Assembly: GCA_036172245.1 (NCBI GenBank)
Contig: JAYWIR010000001.1
Coordinates: 1,674,001 to 1,738,000 of the forward strand
DNA from: Raillietiella orientalis
Lineage: Eukaryota
Direction: 5' to 3'
Length of the DNA: 64,000 nt
Position 1 is the first letter of the stretch. Each line of letters starts with the position of its first letter. A program made the translations under genes and the position numbers. Of the stretch, positions 1-13,267 are shown piece by piece. The notes under the pieces were generated by a model. It did no database searches and was not told where the DNA came from. It was given only the letters and a program-made list of their open reading frames with translations.

Positions 1-777
1 CTAGAGGGCGCACTGGCGGAAGCTCCGCAGCTCCGGCCGGTCGGTCGGCTGCCCGCGGTGCAGGAGTCCCTTCGGCCAGAGAGGCTCCGAGCGAAAACGA
101 GTGGCTCGCGGAGAAGCCTCGTGGCAAAGCGGCACTGGGATGGGTGGTGGTGGCTGCTTCTGTTTTCAGCAGCAGCAGCAGCAGCTGTTACCCTTCGGGA
201 GGGAAAGCCGCGTTCTTGGGGTGGCGTCCAAGCAAGCGACAGCCTTCCGTGCCATCAGCCCTGCACCTACTCTGGGGACGGGTGCAAGGAAAGCTCACTC
301 TGGGCAGCAGCAGGATTGGATTGCCTGCTCGCGACCACGGCACTTCGAGCAAGAGTCCCTCTTTTGGGGTCTTCGGAAATGTTCGCCTCCGGTTCTGGAA
401 AACGGGCAGAGTGCTGGTGCCAGCCTTCCGGCCTCTATCCCAGCGTCGAGCTCTCTCCAGAAATCCCCGGCAACCCCGAGTCCGCACGCGCGAATCCCCA
501 AACTCTGGACTCTTCGCGGGTGGGATGGTGTCCGGAATGCCGCAGACACCGGGAGGATTCACTGCCCGGGTCCATCCGAGACGCGTGAGCCCGGCTGCAG
601 CTGAGAGGCGCTCACGGGAGCTCATCGGTCGAGACGTCGGTCGAGGCTCAGACGGCCAACGGCAGCAGCAGTTCCCGGCACTTCGAGGGCCTTGATGGCG
701 AGGAAGACCACGGTGCTCTGAGCCCCTTTCCCGGAACCCGCCGTGACCTGGGCTTCGGGTCAGGTACAAAATCCCGA

Positions 778-1400
778 ACGATCATTAAAGAATGAACACG
801 TGTGCTTATTATTCATAGACTGATGTGCAGATTTCTCTTAATGTACACAGTCGTTCATATTTATTAACAGGATTTCCAAGATGATGCATGAAAGGCCATT
901 AAAAATATGCTTATTATACATATTCACATATATATTTATATAAAGATTAATAATACAGGGATTAATGTATATTACAAAGATTATAATAAATAAATATGCA
1001 TGAAGGTTAGGATAACTAAACTTGCACCGTGATTTTGATATGTATTGACATATATATTTATACACATACGTATATATGTATGTGTACATATTTATTATGT
1101 TTATGTATGTATATATATATATATATATATAGATGAATATCTTTATATATATATTTATGCATGCATTTATATTACCTATAAACATTGATGTACACAATAA
1201 GCATGTATATTTATTTTTCATAATCTTTCATGTTCATATATATGTATATACATATCAACAAGATGATCAACAACTTATTAATTTTATTAATAAAATTTGT
1301 GTCGCTGGATCTTAATAAGCATACCTGTTCCAGTAATACTGCTCTCAATAACATATGTGCCAATTAGTGTGAATAACTGTGTATATAGAAAATACATTCA
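778..1400. repeat. AT-rich low-complexity island with (TA)n/(TATG)n microsatellite core
   Basis: Abrupt drop in GC relative to the flanks; TA runs around 1050-1160 and 1235-1255. The ORF at 838-1221 is a low-complexity artefact. Confidence 0.85.
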
Positions 1401-1935
1401 TACGTCAGTCTGTGCAGGATGAGGACGCGCGCGTTTCTCTCGTGAGCTTTCGAGATTCTGCTTGCCTTCTCGAGGCCACGGAAGAATCGGAAGAAGGGAG
1501 GCTGCACTTTGCTGGAAAGGGGTTCAAAAGCTCACGTTTTCGTCCGGTCAAGGGAGGCTGCGGCCAAACCGCTGTGGTGAGTCCCTCTCTCCATCAGCGT
1601 TCCTCAGCCTCGCACCGACGAGGAAGAGGAACGGGGAACCTCCCCCTTCCCCCTCCCCCCTCCTCGTAAGATAAATCGAGGAACGCCAGGAGCAACGTAA
1701 TCCCGGAGCCGCCACCACCCTGTGGCATCTGCCATCCGTGGCAGCGACCCTGACTTGACAGGTCGCTCTTCCCGTCCCTCCCCGGGGAGGCGGGTTTTGC
1801 CTGCACTCGCCTCTGGAACGTTTTCTTTTTTTACCGTCCTCTCTCCTGCAGCTCCCCCGCGAAGAAGCGGTCCGAGGAGGACGAAGGCTGGAAAGTGGCC
1901 TGCTCCTTCGGGAAACCCGGCCGTCCGGTAGCCCA

Positions 1936-2588
1936 AGAAATCCTCCAGGGAGGGCTTTCTTCGCCGTCTTCGCGAAACGTTCGCTAGGTACCCGAGAACC
2001 GTTCGCCTCCTCAGAGAAGGCTCACCAAGTTCTTATAGGGCGCCCCCTATGAGTGGAGACCACCCTATGAACACAGGAAGGGCTCCGGAGGAAGGAGTCC
2101 GTTCCTCTTACGCTCCGGAGGGAACCCCGAAGGGAACCCTCGCCCTGGTCGTCTCCGGAGGGAGTTCTTCCTCGTTTCTTCTCCGGAAGGAACACGGAAG
2201 GAATCTACTCCTTGGTTCCTTACTCTGACGAGAACCGCGGGAGCGCGCGCTTCTGACGTTCCCGAGAGACAGCCCCCCGAGGGGGTATCAACCAGCTCCG
2301 TGGTAACGGCTCCCTTTTCGCAACCGCAGGGGAGCCTTTAAGGAAACTGACTTCTTGGTTCCTGAAAGGACCCCCGGAGGGTCGACTCCCGATGCCGGCC
2401 AGTCGACGGAGACAAGGGACTTCCAGAGTCCACCAGTGCCGCACCCGAAGCCAGCCGAGGTCAACCAGCGTCGTCCTGCGGGAGTGGAGGAACTGAAAAC
2501 CCGCGACGCACCTGCAGTCCTCAACGTCGACACTTACCCTGGCGGGATTTGAGCCCCCGACGATTAGCACCACGCGCGGAGGCCGACT
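1936..2588 (-). mobile_element. SINE-like family copy 1 (diverged, near full length)
   Basis: Reverse complement aligns by eye with the copies at 20717 and 44953: head GGCCTCCGCGCGTGGT..GGGGCTCAAATCCCGC, body GGAGCTGGTTGATACCCC..CAGAAGCGCGCG, 3' end GGATTTCT. Confidence 0.85.
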
Positions 2589-4199
2589 AGCAGGCAGCAG
2601 AGGACAGCCGGAAGGAAGCAACCCGGTGCGAAGGACGGGAACGGGAAGAGAACGGAATGTTCATCGGCCTCGCATCTGGGGCTTTTCTTCTTGTTCCGGG
2701 ACCGGGAGCCTGGCAGAGGAGACCACGAACTTCCTCGAGGGTCAGGGAGAGAGGCAGGCTCTTGGAGCCAAGGTCGACAGGGGGAACCCGACGACGGGGT
2801 GGATTTTTCGCGACGACCAGCCCCGGGAGCCCTCCCAGGCCAGGGACCGCCGGTGCAGCCGCCTGGAAGCTTAAGAAAGGTTTGGAAACATCATCTCCAG
2901 CCACCCGTGCCAGGCGTTTCCCGGCTCCGGGCTTCAGACTGCTAGCCAGGCGGCACCACTGCAGAGCGTGCACATGAGCTGCCGGCTTTCAAGCTCAGCC
3001 TCTCTCTCTCTCGTACAGCTCCTACGGCCTCGTAATCTTCCTCTGATGACCGCTGATTCAGAGCTCGTCTTCTGGCTCATCTTTCATGGCATGCGTGTCG
3101 AGCGCGTGCTGATGTCACATGCCGCGTGCGGTTGTTCCCTGTCGCTGCGGTGCTGCACACTTCTTGGAACTGCATTCTGCGCCGATTCTTCAGGTGTCCG
3201 GCTCAGAAAGATCAGAAACTGCGGAGGCGAAATCCTGCCTCCGCACAGGGGCAGCGTCTCCCACGAAACCGCGATCTTCGAAATTCCCGCGTTCGCTCCC
3301 TTCCTCCCTCCCGTCCGCCCCGCATTCAGAGAGCAGCGTTTTTGTGCAGAACCCATTAATTTTTCGTAAACACAATGCGACCGTTCTGCTGCATTTGGTC
3401 TCCTAGCAGCAGCTTCCGCCGATTGGAGCAGAACCTGCTGAATGGAAAACCTCATCCGTGTTTATTTTCGTCATGCGATCTTTAATGAATCCTGGGCTTT
3501 CTGTAATAAGAGTTGGTAGCTCCCGTGAATGTTTCCGGATTCCTAGGATCCACTCCAGCGTTTGACACTTTCTGGAGCGGCGGACACGCCGGGCGTGAGC
3601 CGAACGATCCCGTTTCCGCTTTCGCGCCGGCGATGGTGATGGATCCTCGCGAACCCGTTGGGGTTCGCGAGGATGGATCAGGACCACCTCACTGTTAGAT
3701 CGCGGCGGTCGTCGGCTGTCAGGGACTTCCCAGCCTGCTGCATCCCGTATGGTTTCTCCCAGGTCACCATCGGAAACCTGCAGAGTCTGCCGCCATGATT
3801 ACCTACAATTCACAAATTTCCCTTTTTTTGTTGGGGGGAGGGGTAGAGGGGGCTTTTTCTTCCGTCCTCCTTCCCTCCCGATTCTCTCTCCTGCTGGGCA
3901 CAAGTGTGGCTGGCTGGCCGCAGCTCCACGCTGCGACACCTTCCGGGTTCGTCAATCATCCCTCGGGAGGAAGGACCAGAGAGTATCCCCACTTTCGTTC
4001 TTCTTTCGCGGGTAGGACGCAGAGGGAGAACAAGAACCCCGTCAAACCCAGAGGCTACGGTCTGCGATCTCTTGAGGAAGGGTGGAAAGACAGCACGCGC
4101 GTATCCTCCCAAGGCGGAAGAACGCCAAGGTGAGATTTCTGTCTCAGCAGCGCCTTCCTGAGCAAAGCCGCCGAAAGTGCTCTCGGCTTCCGGCGAGGG

Positions 4200-4700
4200 A
4201 AGCAGTCGCTAGTGTTTCTGCGGTGCTTGGAAGCCATGGTTGCGATCGAAGGGTGCACCAGGAGGAAAAGGTTCTTCATCTGGCTGAAATCCTTAGCAGA
4301 TCTTGCAACAATCTCAATCCCCGTTTTTCAATAAGGATGAATTCCCTTTCTTGAGGTGCATCCCGAGAGAAGTCTCCTCAGGTGCTGCGGTGCTTAAGAG
4401 AGGATTTCTCTTCACAGTGACTGCTAGAAGTAACCTCACGCCTGTCCTCCTTCGGCTGTCCGTTTCTCTGAGCTTCTTGGTGCGTCTCTCACGCATTCCA
4501 GAGTTCAAGGACATTTGGGATTTTTGGAGCCCCATCCTCCCTTAATGCAGACAAGGCATGTTCTTTTCCTACAGGAGGAACATACCATAAAGAATGGCAG
4601 ACAACTAATGGACTTGGACTCCACCCTTGTCCATCCAAGAGGGATGCGGTTCTGAGAGTCAGCCTCCTTTCAGTTTGTTTCTTACCCGGATAATTTATGT
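4200..4700 (+). pseudogene. Possible decayed protein kinase fragment
   Basis: In order: ARSNLTPVLL (VIb-like), FKDIWDF[fs]GA (DFG restored by a 1-nt indel in a T run near 4520), then GGTYHKE. Stops and frameshifts present; weak match. Confidence 0.25.
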
Positions 4701-7700
4701 CTTTGTGTTCCTGCACGCCCTGCTCTCCGGCCCTGGGACCCATCGGCGAAGGTAACCCGGCCGGCACAGGTACGTTTCCTGGGTGACTACGGTCCTACCC
4801 TTCCTTTGCTCATTGTCTTCTCACGAGAGACTGCCTCTGGTGATATTTTTTTGTTTTTCAGAAGGACGCCTCCGGTTCCAGGCTGGGAAGAGAAGGAGGA
4901 GGAGTACCCTGACCTACCTTCCTCACCTTGCAAGTCGCCTCCAGCAGCTTGGAGAGACGTACCTTCCTTTCGGCAGACGAGCCCACCTCTTTGGGTGATT
5001 CCGTCAAGTCCTCACGAAGTATCCGAAATTCAAACTTTTCGGATGAGCTTCCTCTTTCCTCGGAGGATTCCGCCTCACCGATCCGGTAGAAAAATGCTGA
5101 CCACTTCGAAGAGAAAAATGGAAACCGGGTACGTCGGAGGCTTTTCTTTTTTGTTTGTTTGTTTGGTTTTCAGGAGCGGATTCTTCTTCTTGACCAAAGA
5201 CGAATTCGCAGCCAGTACGAACAAGGCTGACCATCAGCTTCCGGATGAGGGATGAAACACGCGTAAAAAGAAACAATTCAGTGGAGCTGTGATGGCAGTC
5301 AGGAAAAAAAAAAAAAAATAGTTACAGCCTTTCAAAGATAACAGGGGCGCCAGAACGAAGTTTCCTTCTAAACTCGGAGCTTTCTGCTTGATGCTCCTCT
5401 CAAATGTTCAGTTTGGTCCAGAAAGACCCAAGAGCCCAAGAGAATTTCTAAGCGTCCTCGTATTCCCTGCTACTTTCCTTTCGCTAGTCCCGTTTGCTTC
5501 TCGCCTCTCTGTTGCCTCAGCAACCGTGTGTTTGTCAAGGCGTTACTTCGGAGAGGGAACGGGAAGGAGACGGGAATTCCATAACTGTTCCTCTGCCGCA
5601 GAGATTCTTACGTGAGGGGAGGGGAAATGCAGTCGTCATGATAACGGTTCTCTGAGCCTGTTAGATGCGGTATGCTGCGGCAAGACGAAATTATGCTCGT
5701 GTGAAGCGGGAAAAGGACCGAGGGGAAGCTGCGATTTCGTATCTCTGACGCATGAAACAAAGTGAAGCGAACCACACATCAGACATGTCAGCCACACGTT
5801 AGCCACCTTTTAGATTCGATTCGCATCATCCCTGGTGGTCATGAGATCGGTGGTAAATTTTTCAAAAGGTTGAACCACCGTAGCCGAACCTGGATTTGGC
5901 AGCTTCCGAGGTGACCATGGAAACCGAACAAGGCTGTGTGCCCTGTAGTAGTACACTGTCATCGAATCCGCAAGCGAACCCGCAGCACTGCAGCCTCGGA
6001 ATTCAATCATCCTTTTTTTTTTTTTTTTTTTTTTTTTATTAATCATTCAAGTTAATGTGGTCCGGATATGCTTCTGGAGTCCTCCAAACATCTCCAGATG
6101 AGCACGGCGAAGGGTTTTCGGATACACGTAAATGGTGAGCGGCAACAGCCAATGAAATCGAGCGGACCGGAGGTGGATGGGGAATGTACGTGCTAGGGTG
6201 TGAGGAAGGATCTCGAAGGCGATTCGGGAATTGCCTTCGAGATCACCCGAAAGCAGCATCTCTTTTCTCTCTTTCTCTCTCTCTTACTCCCCGCCGGGAG
6301 ATCGAAGGTGCTGTTGGAATCATCACCGTTCTCTCCGACTGGTCCGTCCTTGGCGAGTTTTTCTCGTTCCATCCTTTTAGAAGGTGCAACTTTGGAAACC
6401 ACTCGTGGGTTATTGGGGACCGGGAAATCATTAGCGCCAAGCAGCAGAGTGAGCGTTCAGCAAAGTATGTATTATGAATCCTCGCGTGACATCTAGATTA
6501 ATGATTCTTTTATTTCCTCCTCCCACAGCGTTTGAAATAAGAGATGATTTTTATGATATCGGATCGATTATTCGATAATCACTTGCTCGACAAATCGATT
6601 ACAGTAATGGACAGTTGATCTGTAAAGTAATCGAACTGTCAAATAAACTGATCGACAGGCAATTAGAAGGAACCCAATTTTTTTTTTTTTTTTTTTATGT
6701 GAAAGCTGCGAATCGAATTCTCAGATGATGAATAGATCCGATCTCAATCAGGTAGGCTGCAAAAGCATCGCTATCGGGGTCCTTTCCTGCCGGATGCACG
6801 CTGCATCCAAAATGCATTCATTAAATGCATCGTCCGAGACGATGTACCTACTGTCTGATTTTGTACTTTAGCTGCCTTGCTGGTGGCGCTGAAAGCAGCA
6901 CGAAAGACAGCAAGGAAAACGTGCGTCATCGCAATTTCCTTTCACCGCCTCTGCATGTCTTTCGCATTTTCCGAAGAGCGAAACCCTCGATGGATTCTTC
7001 TTGGACGGGGATTTCCGAAGGCCTGAAGCAAACGGTCATGTCCTCTTCGGAAACGCAGCTTTTTACCCGGGCGCGTTCGGAAACGCTTAGCACCCTTCAA
7101 AGGTCTTTTCGCCTTGGTGTGGAGGGAGAGCTTAAACGCGGTTTGACCGCGCACAGTTCGGCATCCGACCCGAGGAGTCACCATCTCATATTTTGCTGAA
7201 AGAGTCATCTGAAGTTCTACCCACCACCGACTGTTGAAGCAGCCGGGCCGAACGCGGGCTGGATAGGTGATTGGCGTTGCCCTTAGCAGTTCACCTGTTG
7301 CTTTGACCTCGGAGTCTTGCAGCTCCCAAGGCTTTCGTTCAGACACGCAGATCCAGCATCCGCGCAGCATCGTAAACTAAGGACTTTCTCCCCACCACAC
7401 GCCAAAAAAAAAAAAAAAAATTGAAATAAGTTACCCTCGATCGAAGTGACCGGCTTCGCTCGGTAAACAGGGAGTCACTTGCCGAGCGATTGCTTCAGCG
7501 CGCGTGAGCGGGAGGGCGACCTGAAGATGGCTGCTTCTGGTGACCCATGTTTCGGAAGATTGGAAAGTGGAGTTCCAGCATGCAACGACAGCCGGTGTGG
7601 TGGTGGAGCGCACCCGAATGCGGGAAGACCGTTCCCGAGAGGCAGACTGCAACGGCCACCAGGAAGGCGCGGGATGCAGCTGCGAGTCGGTATGGCTTTC

Positions 7701-7879
7701 TCTGTTTCTGTTGCAACCCACTGGAGAGGGATTTCTGCGAGGCGATCCGTAGAAAGCGCAAGGCCCGAATTTGCATCTTGCGTGAGTGCGGAGACTGCGT
7801 TTTGCATTTTGCGCGCCATTCCTGGCGAGTGCACGGACACCATACAGAGATTGCTCTGGGGAAATCCATTTGCATTTTT

Positions 7880-8000
7880 TCCCTTACGGTTTCGCATCCA
7901 CAACTTACTGTTCCAGCACGCGTAGCATCCTGATATGCATCCGTTTGGCTACACAGCAGCATCACGATGTATGGATTACGTGTGATGTATAATCCACTCG
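7880..8000 (+). pseudogene. Possible decayed kinase subdomain VIII-IX fragment
   Basis: HPDMHPFGYTAAS[fs]DVWIT resembles xPE...GY...sDVW. Confidence 0.3.
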
Positions 8001-8392
8001 TAAGAAGAAGAAAAAAAAACAGATTTCTAATGAGGACGCTGGAGTTGTTGGCTGTCTTCATGCGAGTTATGGAATGATGACGTCCTGTCTGTCAAGAATA
8101 ACGCGATATTCTCGAGTTTTTCCAAAGGAAATTGCTAAGAGCAACAACAGGATGTTAAAAGCCCTGAATGTTAACCCTTCCTTTGCTTCGTCTAGGAATT
8201 ATTTATGAAAGAAAACCTCCCTTCCTTCAGATCTCGTTAGGAGCAGCTGCCTAGTTTGCGGCAGAAGATGTCGAGTTCCTCCACAATGGCTTCGTTCCCG
8301 AAATGAATGCTGGTTGACAAGCTCCCGTCCTCTACAAGCGAAGATGGTCGAGTTATCTTCTTTTTCTTCCAGATAAAGGTGAGGAACAGAGC

Positions 8393-8486
8393 CTTTCACG
8401 CGGTCATGCCGGGGCTATTTATTTAGTGAAAGATAAATCAGTCGGGAACTCAGCTCCCAACCGAAGACAAAAGAAGTTCAAGATAG
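8393..8486 (+). pseudogene. Kinase N-lobe remnant truncated at the inversion breakpoint
   Basis: LSRGHAGAIYLVKDKSVG resembles the glycine-rich loop LGxGxFGxVYLVKDK; it ends at the start of the inverted-repeat arm. Confidence 0.45.
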
Positions 8487-8489
8487 GGA

Positions 8490-9718
8490 CCACCGACACT
8501 CAGGTCGGGATGTCCGAAAGTCCGGAACGGGACGGAGAGGAAGGGAAACAGCAGAAAAAACAAATAAGGAAGTACAGGAAGGAAGGGGGAGAGGTGTTTG
8601 GGGTGGACACCGGGAGGTACCGAGAAAAAGCCGGGAAAAGTCCGGACCGAAAGGAAGTGGCGGGTGACAAAATAAATAAGTAAATAAGGGGGAGGGCAAA
8701 GTCGACGGTGTCCGCCGTTCCTTCACTACAAAACCGGAGCCGGCGATCTCCGTCTTCATTTCTTCCTCCAGCTGGCGAGGCCACCTGGCGGCCTCCTTCA
8801 TGTAGGCAGCTGCCACAGTGGTCACCTACCTCCGCTGTGCGGTATCAGGCCGAGACGGTGGCCCTGCCGCAACCCATCGTTGCGGTCCCCGCGCCCATCG
8901 AAAGTCCCGTCTTGCAAGAAGAACCGCGGAAGCAGGTCACACGGGTAGTGTCCTCTTGGCGCAGGAGCGCTGACGCCAGCCCCTGCCACACTGCTTGGAG
9001 GACAGCGCAGTCCAAAAGCAGATGCGGGGTGGTGACCCCCCGGTGAACAACATGCGGCGGAACAACAGCAGTTCCCGCAGGCACAATCCCAGGCAACGAG
9101 GCTGCCGGTGCTCAGTGCACTGGAACCCCCAGTGCAGAAGGAGCAGCACAGTCTGCTTCCAGGGAAGCGGGAACACAGAGTGTGTCCAGGCACTGGGGAG
9201 GGAGCGACCACAAGTTCCTCGAGGAAGACACTCCAAAGCGTCACTCCACCGAATGAGTCCCGTCGCCAGGGTACGCGGAGCGCCGGCATGCACCAACCGA
9301 CTTGCGCGTCTTCCGACCCCCAAGAGATTTTTTTATTTCCTGCGATCGTGCGAGAAAGCTCCCAACTGGCCGGCTGGCAGCCGTCGTCGCTTGCCCTTAG
9401 GGCAGACAGCAGTGTGGTGGCCAGAGTGTGCCGTGTCCTTCATCGCCACTTCCAAAGGTCGTGGTAGGAAGTGGTTCAGGTGACAAAGATCGTCCGGGAG
9501 CATTTTCTGGAATGCAGCCGTCCAGGACTCAACAGCCTCCTGCCTTCAGGAATCGGAGTTCCTTGGGCGGCAGGAGATCCATGGCTGCGCTTCCACTGGG
9601 GAGGCGCTTTGCCTCGGGAAAAAGCCAGATCCCGGCATCCTGTAAGGAGTGCTGGGCGGCAACGGGAAGGATCCTTCGCTGCCGGCACATCTCCGGAGGA
9701 TGAGGCGTGCAGCGCATA
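8490..9718 (+). repeat. Left arm of ~1.23 kb inverted duplication
   Basis: Reverse complement of 14688-15917. Mirrored ORFs sum to a constant (8708+15699=24407). About 2 substitutions and 1 indel seen. Confidence 0.97.
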
Positions 9719-12409
9719 TGTGGAGGCAGAGATGCATTCTTCCCCGGACGATTTCGATCTTCGCCGCCGGGCGCGCAAGGTGAGTTCCGGGAACAGCATT
9801 CCCCTAATCCACTTCCGCTCCTGAAGGAGCGAACGAGTGACTCTCAGTAAAATCCGAGTCACCCTTAAAGATGAAGATCATTTTGACGGAGTCGATAAAC
9901 ACCGTGGGTTCCGTCTCTGTGGTCGGTGACCTGTTGGCCGCTCTTGCGGCTCGGAACAGCAAGAAGGAACGAAACGTGGAAAAGGGGAGGCTGCCGTGAA
10001 TCCACCGCAGAGTGGAGGTGGGGGAGCAAGGATCGTTTCCTCTATCCGGCGAAAGCAGCCGCAGCAACGGGAGGCGAAACAAATCACCGCCCAGGGCGAA
10101 CCGGGTAGCGGCGAACGACGCCTCGTGCCCCAGCCGAGAGTTTCGCAAAGCAGGTCGCTCGCGTGCCCCCATTCGGGGCATTCACCCGGCATCTGCGGGG
10201 CTCATGTTCCGGATGTTCGGAAGCTGCGTGAATGGATCTCCAGGAAACATCCAAGTCGCTCCAAGCAGTTCAAGGAGAGTTTGCTCTCCTCAAAGGAAAA
10301 AAAAGAAAAAGATGTTGCTGGAGTGACACTCACTAAGGAGAAAGTCAGGGATAGCTGGGAACCAAACAAGCGCACCTGAGAGCAAGAGGAATTTCGCGCC
10401 AGCCTCTCCTCTCCACGGGCAATTCGCCCGTGGTGCTTTTGCCACCTGTGCGCGGACCTGCCGTTCAGTTTCAAACCCCATGGTGCACTTTACCGTATTC
10501 CGTCGCGAGATCTGTGACGAAGGAGCCACCAGTCTGCCCCGTAAGCTGGCACGAACTCTGGAGAACTCCTGTGGGAGAAAAGTGCAGGGACCCGAGTTGA
10601 TCTCGGGTCGCTGCACTTAGGTCCCGAAGACAGGTTCCTGGTAACGTGAGAGAGTGCTCAGGTGGCTGCTGATGGTGGTTTCTGACCTGCGTCCCCGACA
10701 ATTGCCGCTGGTGAGAAATGACGGTTCACTCTGGAAGCGATCCGACCTCTTCGTTCCAGAAACCGGCACTCTTTCCCGTCCGCCCTTCCCACGGGAATGT
10801 CCTTCGGGAACCCCACATTGGAAAAAACAACAGAAAAGATGAGCCAAAGGAAGAAATCCCAGCACTCTGATGGTTTTATCTTGGCATATTTTTTTTTAGA
10901 CATTTTTTAGGCATTTTTAGACTCCGTCACTGTCGTGTGGTCTCATACAGAGGCAGGATTTCGTTGCAGGTCGACGACCCAGGCGAATTCGAAGGATGAC
11001 AGAGAGCAAGCAGTACCTGCACAGCTTCCCAACCCATGGGATTTCCTTCAGCCACAGCAGCAGCGCCTTCGCGAGCAAACGCTCCTTCTGGGCTTTTTTT
11101 GCCTCTTCTAGACGCGTCCTCGTGCTCTGCGGCAGCCAACCGCGGATGGCTTTACGTCCTTCGGAAGGGAAGACAAAAAAGTGGGAGAGGAGGAGGAGGA
11201 GACTGTTTCCTTACTAGCGAAAGTCTCGGCGTCACGTGCTACCCCCTTCCCGGCGTGAAAACAAAAACACAAAAAAAACTCAGGGCAACCAGGGATCAGC
11301 CGGCAGAGGGGACTGACATGGAGTTGTAGGCTTGCTGAGAAGAGACCACGTGAGTGCACGATCCGTGGACGGAATCTCCTTTACGGCGTCTGCTGTGCTG
11401 AAGAGGGTCCACCGTGCCCTCTAGTGTTCAGGCCTGTTCCTATCTCCGGTGAGGGGTGGGTGGGAGAGTGGGGTGAGAGGTATGCTCTCTCCCTCGTCTG
11501 GGGGGGGAAGGGGGAAGAAAGAGACAGTCGGTGTCCGGACCCCCGTCGCGGCAGGTCGAACTGCCTTTCGGGGACTATCGAACGTAATTCTGGAAATCAG
11601 ATGCATGCGCGGCACCCTTCCATGGGATGAAGGAAACGGGAAAAGAAAATCTCGATGTCTTTTTCCCCGCAGCCGTCAGGACACCCCTGCCATGTTCGAT
11701 TCTGCCTGGAATGCAAATGAGGATGTGCATTCCGGGGCAGTCCCCAGCATCTACTTCATTTAAAATCTTCGCTTCGGGGCAGCCCGTGTGCTCTTCCGAG
11801 AAAGAGGAAAAGTGTTCGCTGGCATCCGCACGCACGTCAGGATGGACGCATAATGAAGATCTCAGGGAGAGTGCATAAGGTGTGCTCTTTGAAAGCTAAG
11901 CTGGAACGAGGACGAATCGCCATACGGATGAAGTGAGCGGAACAATGGCTTGTTTGTTTCCATGGGAGACCAGCGATCGCAGCAATGGCTTGTTGTTTGT
12001 TTCCGGAGCGGCGCCAAGCAACAGTGCAGCTCCACAAAGACTCAAGTGTCCAGAGTCTTCCTGGAAACCCTTCCTCGATATGTCTCTCTTTCTCTCTTTT
12101 CAGTTTCATTCTTTTTTTGGAGTTTGGAGGAGGCATCGCCCTCAAGGCTGAGGCAGTGGAGAAAACCACAGACACCGTCGCTTCCGTGACGCGTTCCCGA
12201 ACGGAGTCCACGAAACAATCAGCAATGATTAATGTCCGCATTCCCGTTTTTCCAGGACCCAAGACAAACACGCGCGTCGCATAGTGACTGCGACATCGCA
12301 ACGGAGCAGGGAGGAAGGGGAGGGGGGAAGAGGGAGAGAAGCGAAACTCATTTCGAAAACACCGCCATTGACGGAGCAGGAAAAAAAATGAGGTGCTCAA
12401 TCAGTCATC

Positions 12410-12715
12410 AACCAACGATTATCATTATGGATTGCCGGCATTAGAAATAATGTAGGAACTCAGTTATTCCTACTGCGATCGCATTTTTGCGGCCTACTAT
12501 TGGTGAGGCCCGCCAGCATGGACTGTACGAGCACTGCCAATCATTTCTCACGAGGCATTCCGATCATATGAGATTAGCATCTCCAATAACGTGTCTTCTG
12601 CATCGGGAGAAAAATGTTCTTACACCTACTTAATTGGAAATTCCTTGTCTTAGAGGAAGCTCAATCAATCGACTCCAGCATCTCGTTGATCAGCTTCGCA
12701 ACGCGTGCTCGCAAG
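12410..12715 (+). pseudogene. SNF2-family (INO80/SWR1-like) ATPase fragment, disrupted
   Basis: PTIII (motif Ia-like), AYYW*GP, IISHEAFR, then NWKFLVLEEAQSIDSS, matching W.y.vLDEAQ.IKss (motif II); stops and frameshifts between motifs. Confidence 0.55.
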
Positions 12716-13226
12716 CGAGTTGAAGACGGGCCAGGGAGTTGGGAACCAGCGCGGGTCAGCAGGCAGCGCTGCCGGGCGCACGCAACGAGCCACGATTTTC
12801 GCCACGAGCGGGGGAGGAACGCGCGGGGGTCCACGGAGCAGCGGCCCATCCGCTTCTTGCAGCGGATGGAGGCGTGTCGTATGTGTGCGTCAGTCGCATC
12901 TCCCGATGCGCTGGCCTCTTGGGGAGAGCGCAGCAGGATGGTGGCGACGGTGTTCCTTTTCCGGTCCAGAACACATCCTCCCCGGCGCGTGGGAGCTGCG
13001 CCCTGCCAGTCGCACCGCACGTCGGTTGCATTTTCCCATTTCTGTAGGCCCCGGGCCTGTTTGAAATTCAAGCGGGGTCGCGCTCGAGTCCCAAGGAGAC
13101 CACGCCGTTGGGACTTTTCCTTTAATTCTCTTCCTGCTGGTGCCCAATTATGAAGGAAAGTTCCTACCGCACGGGAATTCATTGGAGGGAGGGACGTTTC
13201 AGCCGTAGGAATGGAGAACCACGAAA

Positions 13227-13227
13227 A

Positions 13228-13259
<32 letters not shown>

Positions 13260-13267
13260 CACACACA
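13227..13267. repeat. (ACGC)n/(AC)n microsatellite
   Basis: Directly visible. Confidence 0.9.

Noticed and set aside
12410-12420. AACCAACGATT, like the start of the diplonemid spliced leader
   Set aside because: Only 11 nt; the rest is absent and it falls in the SNF2-like remnant.
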